Shown one piece after another: positions 46,962 through 56,047 of a DNA stretch of 64,000 bases. Numbering within the stretch: position 1 is the stretch's first letter; each line of letters opens with the position of its first letter. The position numbers and the translations under genes are program-made. Under the pieces are notes generated by a model. The model was not told where the DNA came from. It did not search any database and saw only the letters and a program-made list of their open reading frames with translations. Source of the DNA: Rhizobium sp. Q54 (lineage in GTDB: Bacteria > Pseudomonadota > Alphaproteobacteria > SHVZ01); contig CAMBVS010000015.1 in the NCBI GenBank assembly GCA_945871425.1, positions 903 through 64,902 of the forward strand. Direction: 5' to 3'.

Positions 46962-49027
46962 CGCCCTCCGCCCTCCACATCGCCTGGGCGCCGATGCTGC
47001 CACTCTGGGCGCTGGCGATGCTGGCGGTGCTGACGATCCTCGTCGTCGGGCTCGGCCTGTTCACCCGCGCCCGCGGCGCCTGGTGGCGGACCGGCGCGGC
47101 GCTGGCGCTACTGGCCGCGCTCGCCAACCCGACGCTGGTCGCCGAACGGCGGGAGGCACGGCCGGACGTCGCCGTTCTCGTCGTCGACGAGAGCCCGAGC
47201 CAGAAGATCGGCAACCGCCTCGCCGAGACGCGGCGCGCGGCCGAGCAGCTCGCCGCCAAGCTGCAGGCGCTGCCGGGCGTCGAGCTCCGCACCGTCACCG
47301 TCGGCGGCAACGTGCTGACCTCGGAAGACGGCACGCGGCTGATGACCCAGCTCGACAAGGCGCTGGCCGATGTGCCGCGGAACCGGTTGGCCGGCGTCGC
47401 CGTGGTCACCGACGGGCAGGTCCATGATCTTCCCGCCGACAGCGCCAAGGACATCCTCGGCGCTCCTCTCCACGTCGTGCTCACCGGACAGAAAGGCGAG
47501 GCCGATCGCCGCTTGGTGATCGAGAAGGCGCCGACCTACGGCCTCGTCGGCAAGCCGATCAGCATGTCGATCCGGGTCGAGGATGCGGCGGTCGCGCCGG
47601 GAACGCCGGTGCAGGTCACCATCCGCAGGGACGGCGGCGCCGAGCAGCGGATGACGGTTCCGGTCGGGCGCACGGTCGAGGTGCCGCTGACGCTCGATCA
47701 CGGCGGCCAGACCGTGGTCGAGCTGGCGGTGGAGGCAGGCCCGAAGGAGCTGACCCTCGACAACAACCGGGCGGTCGCCGCGCTGAACGGCGTCCGCGAC
47801 CGCTTGCGCGTGCTGCTGGTCTCGGGCGAGCCCCACGCCGGCGAGCGCACCTGGCGGAGCCTGCTCAAGGCCGATCCCTCGGTCGACCTCGTCCATTTCA
47901 CCATCCTGAGGCCGCCGGAGAAGCAGGACGGCACGCCGATCCGCGAGCTGTCGCTGATCGCGTTCCCGATCCGCGAGCTGTTCGAGATCAAGCTCGACGA
48001 GTTCAACCTCATCATCTTCGACCGCTACCGTCGCCAGGGCATCCTGCCGCGCGCCTACATCGCCAATATCGCCGACTACATCGAGAAGGGCGGCGCGCTG
48101 CTGGATGCGACCGGCCCGCCCTTCGCCGGATCGCTCAGCCTCTACCGCACGCCGCTCGGCCGGGTGATGCCGGCCGAACCGACGGGACAGGTGGTCGAGC
48201 AGGGCTTCAAGCCGATGCTGAGCCCCGCCGGCCACCGCCACCCGGTTACCGCCGATCTTCCCGGCGGCGCCGGCGACGATCCCAGCTGGGGCCGCTGGTT
48301 CCGTTACATCGACGCCGAGGCCCAGCGCGGCGAGGTGGTGATGCAGGGGCCGAACGCGCGCCCGCTGCTGGTCCTGGATCGCGTCGGCAAGGGCCGGGTC
48401 GCCCAGCTGATGAGCGACCACATCTGGCTCTGGACGCGGGGATTCGAGGGCGGCGGTCCGCAGGCCGAGCTGCTCCGCCGCTTGGCCCACTGGCTGATGA
48501 AGGAGCCCGAGCTGGAGGAGAACGTGCTCTCCGCTCAGCTTCGCGGCGACCGGCTGGAGGTGGTCCGGCGGACGGTGAAGGCCGACGACCGCCCGGTCAC
48601 GGTGACGCTCCCCAACGGCGAGACCGCCAGCGTCGCCATGACCGAGGATGCCTCCGGCCGCGCCACCGGCACGCTCGCCGTCGATCAGGCCGGACTCTAC
48701 CGGCTCGCCGACGGCCAGCGCACCGCGATCTCGGCCGTCGGTCCGCTGAACCCGCTGGAATGGGCCGATGTCCGCGCCACCGACACGAAGCTCGCCCCCG
48801 TCGCCCAGGCCTCCGGCGGCTCCATCCACTGGCTGCAGGACGTGACGCCGGAGCCGCGCAAGGTGCGTCCTGGCCGCCCGGCCTTCGGCCGTGACTGGAT
48901 CGGCTTCCGCAGCAACGGCGACTTCGCCACCGTCGGCCTCGACGAGGTCGCGCTGATGCCGGCGCTCCTGGTGCTGGCGATGGCGCTCGGCATGGCGATG
49001 GTCGCCTGGCGGCGCGAGGGGAAGTAG
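46958..49027 (+). CDS. Large membrane-anchored protein, fourth gene of the moxR-type operon (GATase-like fold commonly annotated)
   Basis: Track ORF 46790..49027. ATG 46958 overlaps the upstream TGA. Has N-terminal and C-terminal TM helices. Confidence 0.75.
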   Translation: MTPSALHIAWAPMLPLWALAMLAVLTILVVGLGLFTRARGAWWRTGAALALLAALANPTLVAERREARPDVAVLVVDESPSQKIGNRLAETRRAAEQLAAKLQALPGVELRTVTVGGNVLTSEDGTRLMTQLDKALADVPRNRLAGVAVVTDGQVHDLPADSAKDILGAPLHVVLTGQKGEADRRLVIEKAPTYGLVGKPISMSIRVEDAAVAPGTPVQVTIRRDGGAEQRMTVPVGRTVEVPLTLDHGGQTVVELAVEAGPKELTLDNNRAVAALNGVRDRLRVLLVSGEPHAGERTWRSLLKADPSVDLVHFTILRPPEKQDGTPIRELSLIAFPIRELFEIKLDEFNLIIFDRYRRQGILPRAYIANIADYIEKGGALLDATGPPFAGSLSLYRTPLGRVMPAEPTGQVVEQGFKPMLSPAGHRHPVTADLPGGAGDDPSWGRWFRYIDAEAQRGEVVMQGPNARPLLVLDRVGKGRVAQLMSDHIWLWTRGFEGGGPQAELLRRLAHWLMKEPELEENVLSAQLRGDRLEVVRRTVKADDRPVTVTLPNGETASVAMTEDASGRATGTLAVDQAGLYRLADGQRTAISAVGPLNPLEWADVRATDTKLAPVAQASGGSIHWLQDVTPEPRKVRPGRPAFGRDWIGFRSNGDFATVGLDEVALMPALLVLAMALGMAMVAWRREGK

Positions 49028-49956
49028 CTTTCCGGTATCAATGGTGTTTTCGGAGATTGATCTCGGCTAATGCGGCATATCGCGCGATCGGAAATGTCTC
49101 CGGAACGATGACGAACCTTTCGGCGGCTCTAAATTGGTCGCCAATGACCTGTATGGCGAAGGCCTGCCTAAACTCGTCTCGAAGAATTGGAGCTGTGGAG
49201 AAATACTCCGTCTTCGCCGCGACAAAGAGCGACGTGGGTGATAGAGGCAGGAAAATTCGCTCGACTTCTTCCAACGTACCCCAAAGCTGAAGGGGACGAT
49301 CCGACAGAACGAGCGGTGGAGTCACACTCGAAAAGTCAACAATTCGCCAATGCAAAGCTGAAATTCCCAGCAGGCGAAGTGGCTCAAGAGCTGCATCGAT
49401 CATCGTAGCATAGATCAAATCCGTATCTTTGCCTTTGATCCTGTCATTGTAAAACTGATCGGGTTCAATCTCGCCAGTTTTCGCCTTGGGAGAATTTTTA
49501 ACAACATCACGAAAGTATTCAGATATTTCATCTTTGGATGAGTTTATTAATTTCGGTCTGCGAAGATTTAAAAACGTCAGAAAAAGCGCGAACCTTGCTC
49601 TTTCCGGCAGAGAGAGTTCGTCAACTTCCCCTGCGAGCAAGCGATCTCGAATGATCGCTGCTGGGTTATCTACGTCTTTCCCCAGCACGTCACGCTCAAT
49701 TCTATAAGGGTCGGCAGTAGGATCGCTTGTGGTGTAAAGATTTAGCTCAGATCCAAGGCTCTTAGTGCTCACACGACTCCAAGAAATCTTTTTGTGCGGC
49801 TTGTGAACGCTCACTACCAGTCCATCCTCTCCACTCCACGGTCGCATCATGAATTGCGGTAACCAGTGGTGGTTTTTGGGCTTGGACATCCGACTATCTC
49901 TGAAGGTTCGTCCCGATAGTCTCGGCTAGATCGGCGCCGGTTGTGAACGTCAAAAG
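49028..49956. other. Low-GC islet (probable horizontally acquired insertion)
   Basis: Hand count is 25/60 G+C in 49441-49500 versus 46/60 in 48961-49020. The composition step coincides with the borders of the single DUF4238 gene. The 9-nt direct repeat TCTCGGCTA lies at 49061-49069 and 49920-49928. Confidence 0.65.
49038..49889 (-). CDS. DUF4238 domain protein
   Basis: 283 aa. The N-terminal MSKPKNHHWLPQFMMRPW matches the HH-x-x-PQF signature, and the length matches the range I recall for DUF4238. AT-rich codon usage is unlike the neighbours. Confidence 0.75.
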   Translation of the reverse strand: MSKPKNHHWLPQFMMRPWSGEDGLVVSVHKPHKKISWSRVSTKSLGSELNLYTTSDPTADPYRIERDVLGKDVDNPAAIIRDRLLAGEVDELSLPERARFALFLTFLNLRRPKLINSSKDEISEYFRDVVKNSPKAKTGEIEPDQFYNDRIKGKDTDLIYATMIDAALEPLRLLGISALHWRIVDFSSVTPPLVLSDRPLQLWGTLEEVERIFLPLSPTSLFVAAKTEYFSTAPILRDEFRQAFAIQVIGDQFRAAERFVIVPETFPIARYAALAEINLRKHH

Positions 49957-50490
49957 TCAGTGGTTGGCGACCGCGTAGCCCGGATACCAGCTCGTGAACG
50001 CGATCCCGGCGACGACCAGCACGACGGGGAGTGCTGCGCGGGCCGAAGACGGCAGCCGCCAGCGCTCGCGCGGATAGGTATTGAGCGCCAGCACGACGTA
50101 GATCGCGCCCCAGACCGCGGTGATGGTCGTGACGATGTGGATCGTCAGCGGATGCGCCCATTGGGATTCGGGGACACGCTCATGCGCCCATTGCTCGGCG
50201 AAGGGATGGCCGAGCGCGATCGTGGCGAAGGCATAGAGCGCGATGCCGCCGGTCACCAGCAGGCCGGACCAGCGTTCGGCCGAGGCCTCGTGGACGAGAG
50301 TCCAGACGAAGCCGGCGGCGATGAGGGCTCCGAGCACGAGGCTGAACTGCTTCGCCGGACCGCCGAGGGCCCAGGGGGCGAGCGTCGCCGCTGCCGAGAT
50401 CAGGCTGACCAGGAGCGCCGTCCGCCGCGGCAGCAGGCGGGATGCCGCCATCAGCACGATGACTGGCAGGAACGAGACGAAGACGGCCAT
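49957..50490 (-). CDS. Hypothetical integral membrane protein
   Basis: 177 aa with 5-6 hydrophobic helices and host-like GC. No family recognised. Confidence 0.6.
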   Translation of the reverse strand: MAVFVSFLPVIVLMAASRLLPRRTALLVSLISAAATLAPWALGGPAKQFSLVLGALIAAGFVWTLVHEASAERWSGLLVTGGIALYAFATIALGHPFAEQWAHERVPESQWAHPLTIHIVTTITAVWGAIYVVLALNTYPRERWRLPSSARAALPVVLVVAGIAFTSWYPGYAVANH

Positions 50491-50756
50491 CAGTCCCTCC
50501 GTTCCCAGGGCGGGGTTGCGCCGAAACGTTCGATCAGGAGTCGGTGAAGGCGGAGTCGCGTGCCGGCAGACAAGGCTACATTCGGCCGGTGCAGACGTGA
50601 AGGCCGCGCCGCTTCGGGCAGGCGATCCTGAAGACGGCGGATAGGGCTCGGGCCGGAGCCGGCAACGTCAGAGGAGGGGCGCCCGCACCGGTCTATCCAG
50701 ACGGTCTCGCCTTCGCGTGGCGTCATGCTGCTTCTGGATGAAAAATTCGTCCAGCT

Positions 50757-52031
50757 TCATCGCGATGGCGATTTCATCTCCTTGACCACCGGCCGGCCCT
50801 CGCCCTCCAGCACCGCGTAATGCGTGAAGCCGGACGCCTGCAACCCGTCCAGCTGGCGGCCGAGCTTCTTCTCCAGCGGGAACAGGGACGGGGCCAGGCC
50901 TTCGCTCCGGAGCGCCCGCGACGCCGACAGCGCGCGGCGAAGCTCGGTGCCTTCCGGCACCAGCAACGCCGTCAGCTTCGCCTCGGTCGGCGGGGCGAAG
51001 GCCTTGTCCATTAGGATGGTGACGACGCGCTCGAAGCCGATGGAGAAGCCGCAGGCCGGCGCCTCCTCGCCCGAGAGTTTTCCCACCATGCGGTCGTAGC
51101 GGCCGCCGCCGGCGATGGAGAAGTCGTAGCCGGGCTGGGCGATCTCGAACACCGGACCGGTGTAGTAGCCCATGCCGCGCACCAGCGTCGGATCGAAGGC
51201 GACCATATAGCGGTTGCCGGCATCGGCGCCGACCGCGTCCAGGATCTCGCGGATCAGTCCCGGCACCTTGGCCTCGAGGCTGCCGCCGAGGCGCCTGGCG
51301 AAGTCCTCGACCGAGACGCCGTCGACGCCCGCGAGCATCGAGGCGAGGCGGTCGATCTGCGCTTCGGCGAAGCCCTGCTGCGCCAATTCCTTCTTCACGC
51401 CTTCGAGCCCGATCTTGTCGAGCTTGTCGAGGGTGATGAACACCGAGCCGTAGCGGGCCTCCTCGACGCCGGAGGCAGCCGCGATCGCGGTCAGGATGCG
51501 GCGGTCGTTCAGGCGGATGGTGAAGCCCTCGAAGCCGACCGCGATCAGCGCCTCGGCGGAGGCAACCAGCAGCTCGGCCTCGGCCAGGCCTTCCTCGAGC
51601 CCGATGATGTCGATGTCGCATTGGGTGAACTGGCGATAGCGGCCCTTCTGCGGCCGCTCCGCCCGCCACACCGGGCCGATCTGGATCGCCTTGAAGGCAC
51701 GCGGCAGCTGAGCACGATTGGAGGTGAAGAAGCGGACCAGCGGCACGGTCAGGTCGAAGCGAAGCCCGAGATCGACGAGGTCGTCCTCGCCGAGGCCGGG
51801 CTTGCCGAGGTCGAGCTTCTCACCCCGCTTCATCACCTTGAAGACGAGCTTGGCGTTCTCGCCGCCGTCGTCGCCGGTGAGCAGCTGGATATTCTCCAGC
51901 GCCGGCGTCTCGATCCGGGTGTAGCCGAAGCGGCGGTAGGTCTCGAGAATGCGGGCCTGCATCCAGTCGCGGATGGCGGCCTCGGTCGGCAGGATGTCCC
52001 GCATGCCGCGGGCAGGCTGTGGCTTGGACAC
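50757..52031 (-). CDS. hisS: Histidine--tRNA ligase
   Basis: GTG 52031. ARGMRDILP, LRFDLTVPLVRF, motif 2 RYRQFTQCDIDIIG, motif 3 GGGRYD, and a C-terminal anticodon-binding domain. The last of these argues against HisZ. Confidence 0.88.
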   Translation of the reverse strand: MSKPQPARGMRDILPTEAAIRDWMQARILETYRRFGYTRIETPALENIQLLTGDDGGENAKLVFKVMKRGEKLDLGKPGLGEDDLVDLGLRFDLTVPLVRFFTSNRAQLPRAFKAIQIGPVWRAERPQKGRYRQFTQCDIDIIGLEEGLAEAELLVASAEALIAVGFEGFTIRLNDRRILTAIAAASGVEEARYGSVFITLDKLDKIGLEGVKKELAQQGFAEAQIDRLASMLAGVDGVSVEDFARRLGGSLEAKVPGLIREILDAVGADAGNRYMVAFDPTLVRGMGYYTGPVFEIAQPGYDFSIAGGGRYDRMVGKLSGEEAPACGFSIGFERVVTILMDKAFAPPTEAKLTALLVPEGTELRRALSASRALRSEGLAPSLFPLEKKLGRQLDGLQASGFTHYAVLEGEGRPVVKEMKSPSR

Positions 52032-52097
52032 GGATGGTCTTTCAGAAAATAGGAGCAGGGAGCGAATGGCGACGACAGGCGGACGGCGGCCTTGAGG

Positions 52098-52808
52098 TCA
52101 GGCGGCCGACCGCTGTCCGTGTCGCTCGATCAGGCCGAACCAGCGGTCGCCGATGGCGCGGCCGAGGCGCTCGGCATCGGCGAGATGGGTCTCCATCTCG
52201 GCTTCCAGCCGTCCGGCGAGCGCGGCGTCGGCTTTGGCGCTCCTGGCCCAGGTGCGGACCATGGCGCGATCGACTTCCGGGTGGAACTGCACGGCATAGG
52301 TCGAGCGGCCGATGCGATAGGCCTGGTTCAGGCAGTCGTCGTTCTCGGCGAGACGCGTCGCTTCGTCCGGCAGGTCGAAGGTGTCCTCGTGCCACTGCAT
52401 CGGACGGATCGCCGCGCCGAGACCGGCGAACAGCGGGTCGGCCTGGCCAGCCTCGGTCAGGCGCACCGGGCAGAAGCCGATCTCCGTCACCTTGTTGCGG
52501 TAGACCGGCTTGCCGAAGCTGCGGGCGATGATCTGGGATCCGAGGCAGATGCCGAGGATCGGCCGGCCGGCGTCATGGAAGTGCCGGACCATCCGGTGGA
52601 GCCGGGAATAGTAGGGGTGGCGGTCGTCGTCGGCGGCGCTCATCGGGCCGCCCATGAGGACCAAGCCATCATAGCCGTCCGGCCCGTCCGGGAAGGTCTC
52701 CCCAGCGGGCGGCAGCGTCGGCACCAGCGTCGCGCCGCGGGCGGCGAGCCGCTCGCCGACCACGCCGGCCGGGTCTTCCCTGTCGTGCTGGACCACCAGG
52801 ATGCGCAT
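52098..52808 (-). CDS. Class I glutamine amidotransferase (GMP synthase-like GATase domain protein)
   Basis: Track ORF 52098..53702. Start moved to ATG 52808 (MRILVVQHD...). Nucleophile GICLGSQ, plus VQFHPE. Confidence 0.85.
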   Translation of the reverse strand: MRILVVQHDREDPAGVVGERLAARGATLVPTLPPAGETFPDGPDGYDGLVLMGGPMSAADDDRHPYYSRLHRMVRHFHDAGRPILGICLGSQIIARSFGKPVYRNKVTEIGFCPVRLTEAGQADPLFAGLGAAIRPMQWHEDTFDLPDEATRLAENDDCLNQAYRIGRSTYAVQFHPEVDRAMVRTWARSAKADAALAGRLEAEMETHLADAERLGRAIGDRWFGLIERHGQRSAA

Positions 52809-52819
52809 GGGGCCGGAAC

Positions 52820-53731
52820 CTAGCCGCCGAGCTGGGCGACGTCCAGCCGGACGTGGCCGGCGTCCCAGGGACCCGGCCAGGCCTCGGCGCCGTCGCGGCG
52901 GAGCTTCCGGCAGGCGCCGACCGGAACGTCTCGGGCGATCAGCAGCGGCCCGTCGCCGTCGGCCTCGGCCAGCATGGGAATCTCCGAGTGAACCCCGTTG
53001 GCGCCGAGCTCGGGCTCGCAGGGGAGGTAGACGGCCGCTCCGGACGTCGCCGGCTCGGCTTGACCGTGAAGCACCTGGCTGCCGATGACGCCAACGGCGG
53101 CGACCGGGCAGAGCAGCTCGATGGCGCGTGCCTTGGCGCAGCCGAAGACGCGGCGGTACCCGGATTCGAGGTCGGTCATCGACGGCACCAGCGCCAGGTC
53201 GAGGTCGAGCGCCTGCAACCGCGCCGCCAGCGCCGGTTGCTCGATGTCCAGGCAGACCGGCATGGCGAGGCGGAGGCCGCGCCACTCGAACACCGTCAGT
53301 GTCCGTCCCGGTTGCACGAACCAGCCGTCGGCGCGCTTCTCGAACGGCGTCAGGCAGAGCTTGTCCTGATGGCCCCGGGTCCCGTCGGGCAGCAGCAAAT
53401 GGCCGCGGTTGACGAAGCCACCGGCCGCAGCGACCGGCATGGTGCCGGCGGCGAGCGCGAGCTTGCGTCCTGTGATGACACGCGCCAGCCCGGCCAGGGC
53501 CGCCTCGGTCTGCCCGGCCATCCAGGCGACATCGCGATCGCGGGGTAGATCGCCGGGCGCGAAGGAGAGCCAGTGCGAGGAGATCCATTCCGGCAGCAGC
53601 AGCAGGTCGGCGCCGTCGGCCTCGGCCTCCGCGACTTTCGCAGCGGCGACCTCGATCCATTCGCCGAGAGAGGCCAGCGGGCGACGGAGGTTCGAAGCCC
53701 AAAGCGCGAGCGTGACCGTGTCGATGTTCAT
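52820..53731 (-). CDS. Carbon-nitrogen hydrolase (nitrilase superfamily) protein
   Basis: Track ORF 52820..54025. Start moved to ATG 53731. E-K-C triad candidates are LLLLPEW, HQDKLCL and MPVCLDIE. Confidence 0.75.
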   Translation of the reverse strand: MNIDTVTLALWASNLRRPLASLGEWIEVAAAKVAEAEADGADLLLLPEWISSHWLSFAPGDLPRDRDVAWMAGQTEAALAGLARVITGRKLALAAGTMPVAAAGGFVNRGHLLLPDGTRGHQDKLCLTPFEKRADGWFVQPGRTLTVFEWRGLRLAMPVCLDIEQPALAARLQALDLDLALVPSMTDLESGYRRVFGCAKARAIELLCPVAAVGVIGSQVLHGQAEPATSGAAVYLPCEPELGANGVHSEIPMLAEADGDGPLLIARDVPVGACRKLRRDGAEAWPGPWDAGHVRLDVAQLGG

Positions 53732-54037
53732 GCGGTCGTGCTTACGGTCAGGCGGAGGCGTGTGGCAAGGCCCAGCTTTGCCACGTCGGCTTCGCTCCGG
53801 GTTTTGCAACTCATCCGCATTGACCGTGAGTGCAGTCCGGTCCATTCTCGACCGCAGTCGCGAGTGATTTTCACTTGCGTGCGAGCGGAGGCCGTCCCTT
53901 GTTCCTTTGGCGGAGCCTGGACCCGAGGATGCTGATGGCGGTGCTCGCCTCGACCGTCGGCCGCGAGACCAAGGCGCCGCCGCCGAAGGCCGCGCCGGCT
54001 GGTAAGGCCAAGGACGCCGTGGCATAGTTCGCCCGCC

Positions 54038-54310
54038 ATGGCGGTAAACCCGACCCCTCCCCGCGACCCCCGCATCGGCTCGTCGCCGCAGCGTAAGCTG
54101 CTTCCGCCTCCGGTCGGCCGGTCGGAAGCCGGCCGTGCCGAGCGCCCGGAAGGGGCGGCCCAGCAGCGGCCCGGCTTAGCCCAGCGCATCAAGACCGCGG
54201 TCACCGACGATGAGATCGACGGCCAGATCATGCGCATGTTCAAGATGATCGCCCGCGGGCTGATCAATCTGGCCGCGCCCCGCGGCAGCTATCTCAACAT
54301 CCTGACCTGA
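54038..54310 (+). CDS. Small hypothetical protein (Pro/Arg-rich N-terminus, helical C-terminus)
   Basis: 90-aa ORF with G/C-rich third positions, ending ...DGQIMRMFKMIARGLINLAAPRGSYLNILT. No family recognised. Confidence 0.5.
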   Translation: MAVNPTPPRDPRIGSSPQRKLLPPPVGRSEAGRAERPEGAAQQRPGLAQRIKTAVTDDEIDGQIMRMFKMIARGLINLAAPRGSYLNILT

Positions 54311-54495
54311 CCGGCGGCAGTCTGTCGTCGACACGCTTTGTCGGTGATGCCGATCTTGGCTATCGCCAGCAGCGATTCCGTTTTGAGCCCGGCGCCCGGC
54401 TGCTCCTGGACGAGGCCTATCGCGCCAACCAGCTTCCGCTGCTTCGCCCCGATCATCCGCGGGCGATCGCCTGCCGCCCCGGCTCGGACGCTGTC

Positions 54496-55071
54496 ATGGG
54501 GCGCTACGAGGCGAGCCGGATCTCGGCGGTCGCCTGGTTGCCGCCGGCAGTGCTGGAGGCGAGCGCAGGCTTTCGCGGCCTAGTCGCCCGGCTCCAGGCG
54601 TCGCCCGTCGGGGCCAAGGTCGACTGGAGCATGGCCGAGCGCCGGCGCGACGTCCTGCACGCGACCCTGTGCGCAGGCCTGGAGCGCGACGGACCGGTCG
54701 AGGCAAGGCGACGGCTTGCCGCGGCGGCCGGCTTCGGTCCGGTGGCCGTCGCCATCGGCGGCCTCTGGGTCGGCAGCGCGTTCAATCGCGGCCGCCTCTA
54801 CCTTCCCCTCTACCCGGAGCGGCGAGGCGACGACGACGCCTTGCGGCTGCTGCAGCACCGCCTCGGCGGGCGTGAGACCCGGTTCTACTCGATCGGCGTT
54901 TTCAACCTGATGGACGACCTCGACGAGGGGGAAACCGCGTCACTGGCCACGGTGGTCGAAGAGGGGGCGGGAACCGTGATCGCGGAAACGACATTCGAGG
55001 ACTTGATGCTGCTCGAGACCCACGACGATCTCGTGCTGGACGGACGGATGATTGATACCGTCCGCCTGTGA
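54496..55071 (+). CDS. Hypothetical protein
   Basis: 191-aa ORF. The same frame stays open and coding-like for about 190 nt upstream without an ATG/GTG/TTG, so the true start is uncertain. Confidence 0.55.
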   Translation: MGRYEASRISAVAWLPPAVLEASAGFRGLVARLQASPVGAKVDWSMAERRRDVLHATLCAGLERDGPVEARRRLAAAAGFGPVAVAIGGLWVGSAFNRGRLYLPLYPERRGDDDALRLLQHRLGGRETRFYSIGVFNLMDDLDEGETASLATVVEEGAGTVIAETTFEDLMLLETHDDLVLDGRMIDTVRL

Positions 55072-55126
55072 GCGCGGGGATCCGGGCGTCGGCGCCGTTG
55101 CTGAGGGGCGCGGTCGAGGAGGGATC

Positions 55127-56047
55127 ATGACGAGGCGGGGCATGCTGTCGCTGACGCTTAGCGCCTGGCTCGCGGGCATCGGCTCGGTCATCGCGGCCGA
55201 GACGACGGTGACGCTCACTTCGGTCGGCGCGCCTCTCCAGATCCCGGCGACGCTGATCCTTCCCGACGGTGCCGGTCCGTTTCCGGCCATCGTCGTCATG
55301 CACGACTGCAGCGGCCTTGGTCCGCAATCGAGCGGCGCGCCCCGTCGCTGGGCGAACCAGCTGGTCGCCGACGGATATGTCGTCCTCATGCCGGACAGCT
55401 TCACGCCGCGAGATCTGCCGAACGGCATCTGCACGGAGTCGCTCGAGCGGTTGCGTGGCGTGAGCGGATTCGCCCGGGCCGGCGATGCCTATGGGGCGCT
55501 GGCTTATCTCCGCACGCTGCCCGCCGTCGACGGCAAACGGATCGGCCTCATGGGCGCATCGAATGGCGGCTTCACGACGCTGGCCAGCATGTACGTGCCG
55601 CTCGATCCGAAGAACCGGCTGCGCGCCGCCAAGCAAGACGGCTTCGCCGCCGCGGTCGCGCTCTATCCGTCATGCGGCGGCCCCTATGGCAGCTGGTCGA
55701 CCCGGCGGGCCGAGGGCAACCGCGGCCCCGTCATCGGCTATTCCGGCGTCTATCAGTCGATCGCACCACTCCTGATCCTGATCGGCGAGAAGGACGACTG
55801 GACCCCGGCGGAGACCTGCCGGCGCCTGGCGGAGTCGTCCCGTGCGGAAACCCATCCGGTCGAGATCAAGGTCTATCCCGGAGCGCACCATTCCTTCGAC
55901 AGTGCCGCTCCCGTCCGTTTCGTCGAGGCCCGCAGCAATGCCAACTCGCCGACCGGCAAGGGCGCGACAATCGGCGGCGACGCCGCGGCCTGGGCCGACG
56001 CCAAGATCCAGGTATCGGCGTTCTTCGCGCGCTACCTGAAACCCTAG
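55127..56047 (+). CDS. Dienelactone hydrolase family protein, secreted
   Basis: GAGGAGGG SD. Signal peptide MTRRGMLSLTLSAWLAGIGSVIAA. ...VVMHDCSG..., nucleophile elbow GASNGG, ...YPGAHHSF. Confidence 0.85.
   Translation: MTRRGMLSLTLSAWLAGIGSVIAAETTVTLTSVGAPLQIPATLILPDGAGPFPAIVVMHDCSGLGPQSSGAPRRWANQLVADGYVVLMPDSFTPRDLPNGICTESLERLRGVSGFARAGDAYGALAYLRTLPAVDGKRIGLMGASNGGFTTLASMYVPLDPKNRLRAAKQDGFAAAVALYPSCGGPYGSWSTRRAEGNRGPVIGYSGVYQSIAPLLILIGEKDDWTPAETCRRLAESSRAETHPVEIKVYPGAHHSFDSAAPVRFVEARSNANSPTGKGATIGGDAAAWADAKIQVSAFFARYLKP

Noticed and set aside
50491-50760. Small ORFs in the 266-nt gap after hisS: a 30-codon ORF with ATGA coupling to the hisS stop at 50757-50760, and the 78-aa ORF 50490..50726
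   Set aside because: They use rare codons for this genome (CGA, AGG, AGA) and have Arg-rich sequence, no SD and no motif. The gap is more likely the hisS 3' region and the promoter of the downstream membrane gene.
50757-52031. Alternative call as HisZ (ATP phosphoribosyltransferase regulatory subunit)
   Set aside because: A C-terminal anticodon-binding-type domain and intact class II motifs 2 and 3 (RYRQFTQCD, GGGRYD) are present, which favours a catalytic HisRS.
54338-54583. 81-aa ORF MSVMPILAIASSDSVLSPAPGCSW... with a TTG/ATG start region
   Set aside because: The composition becomes Arg/Ala filler, and another frame over the same bases shows better codon bias and continuity with the 54496 gene.
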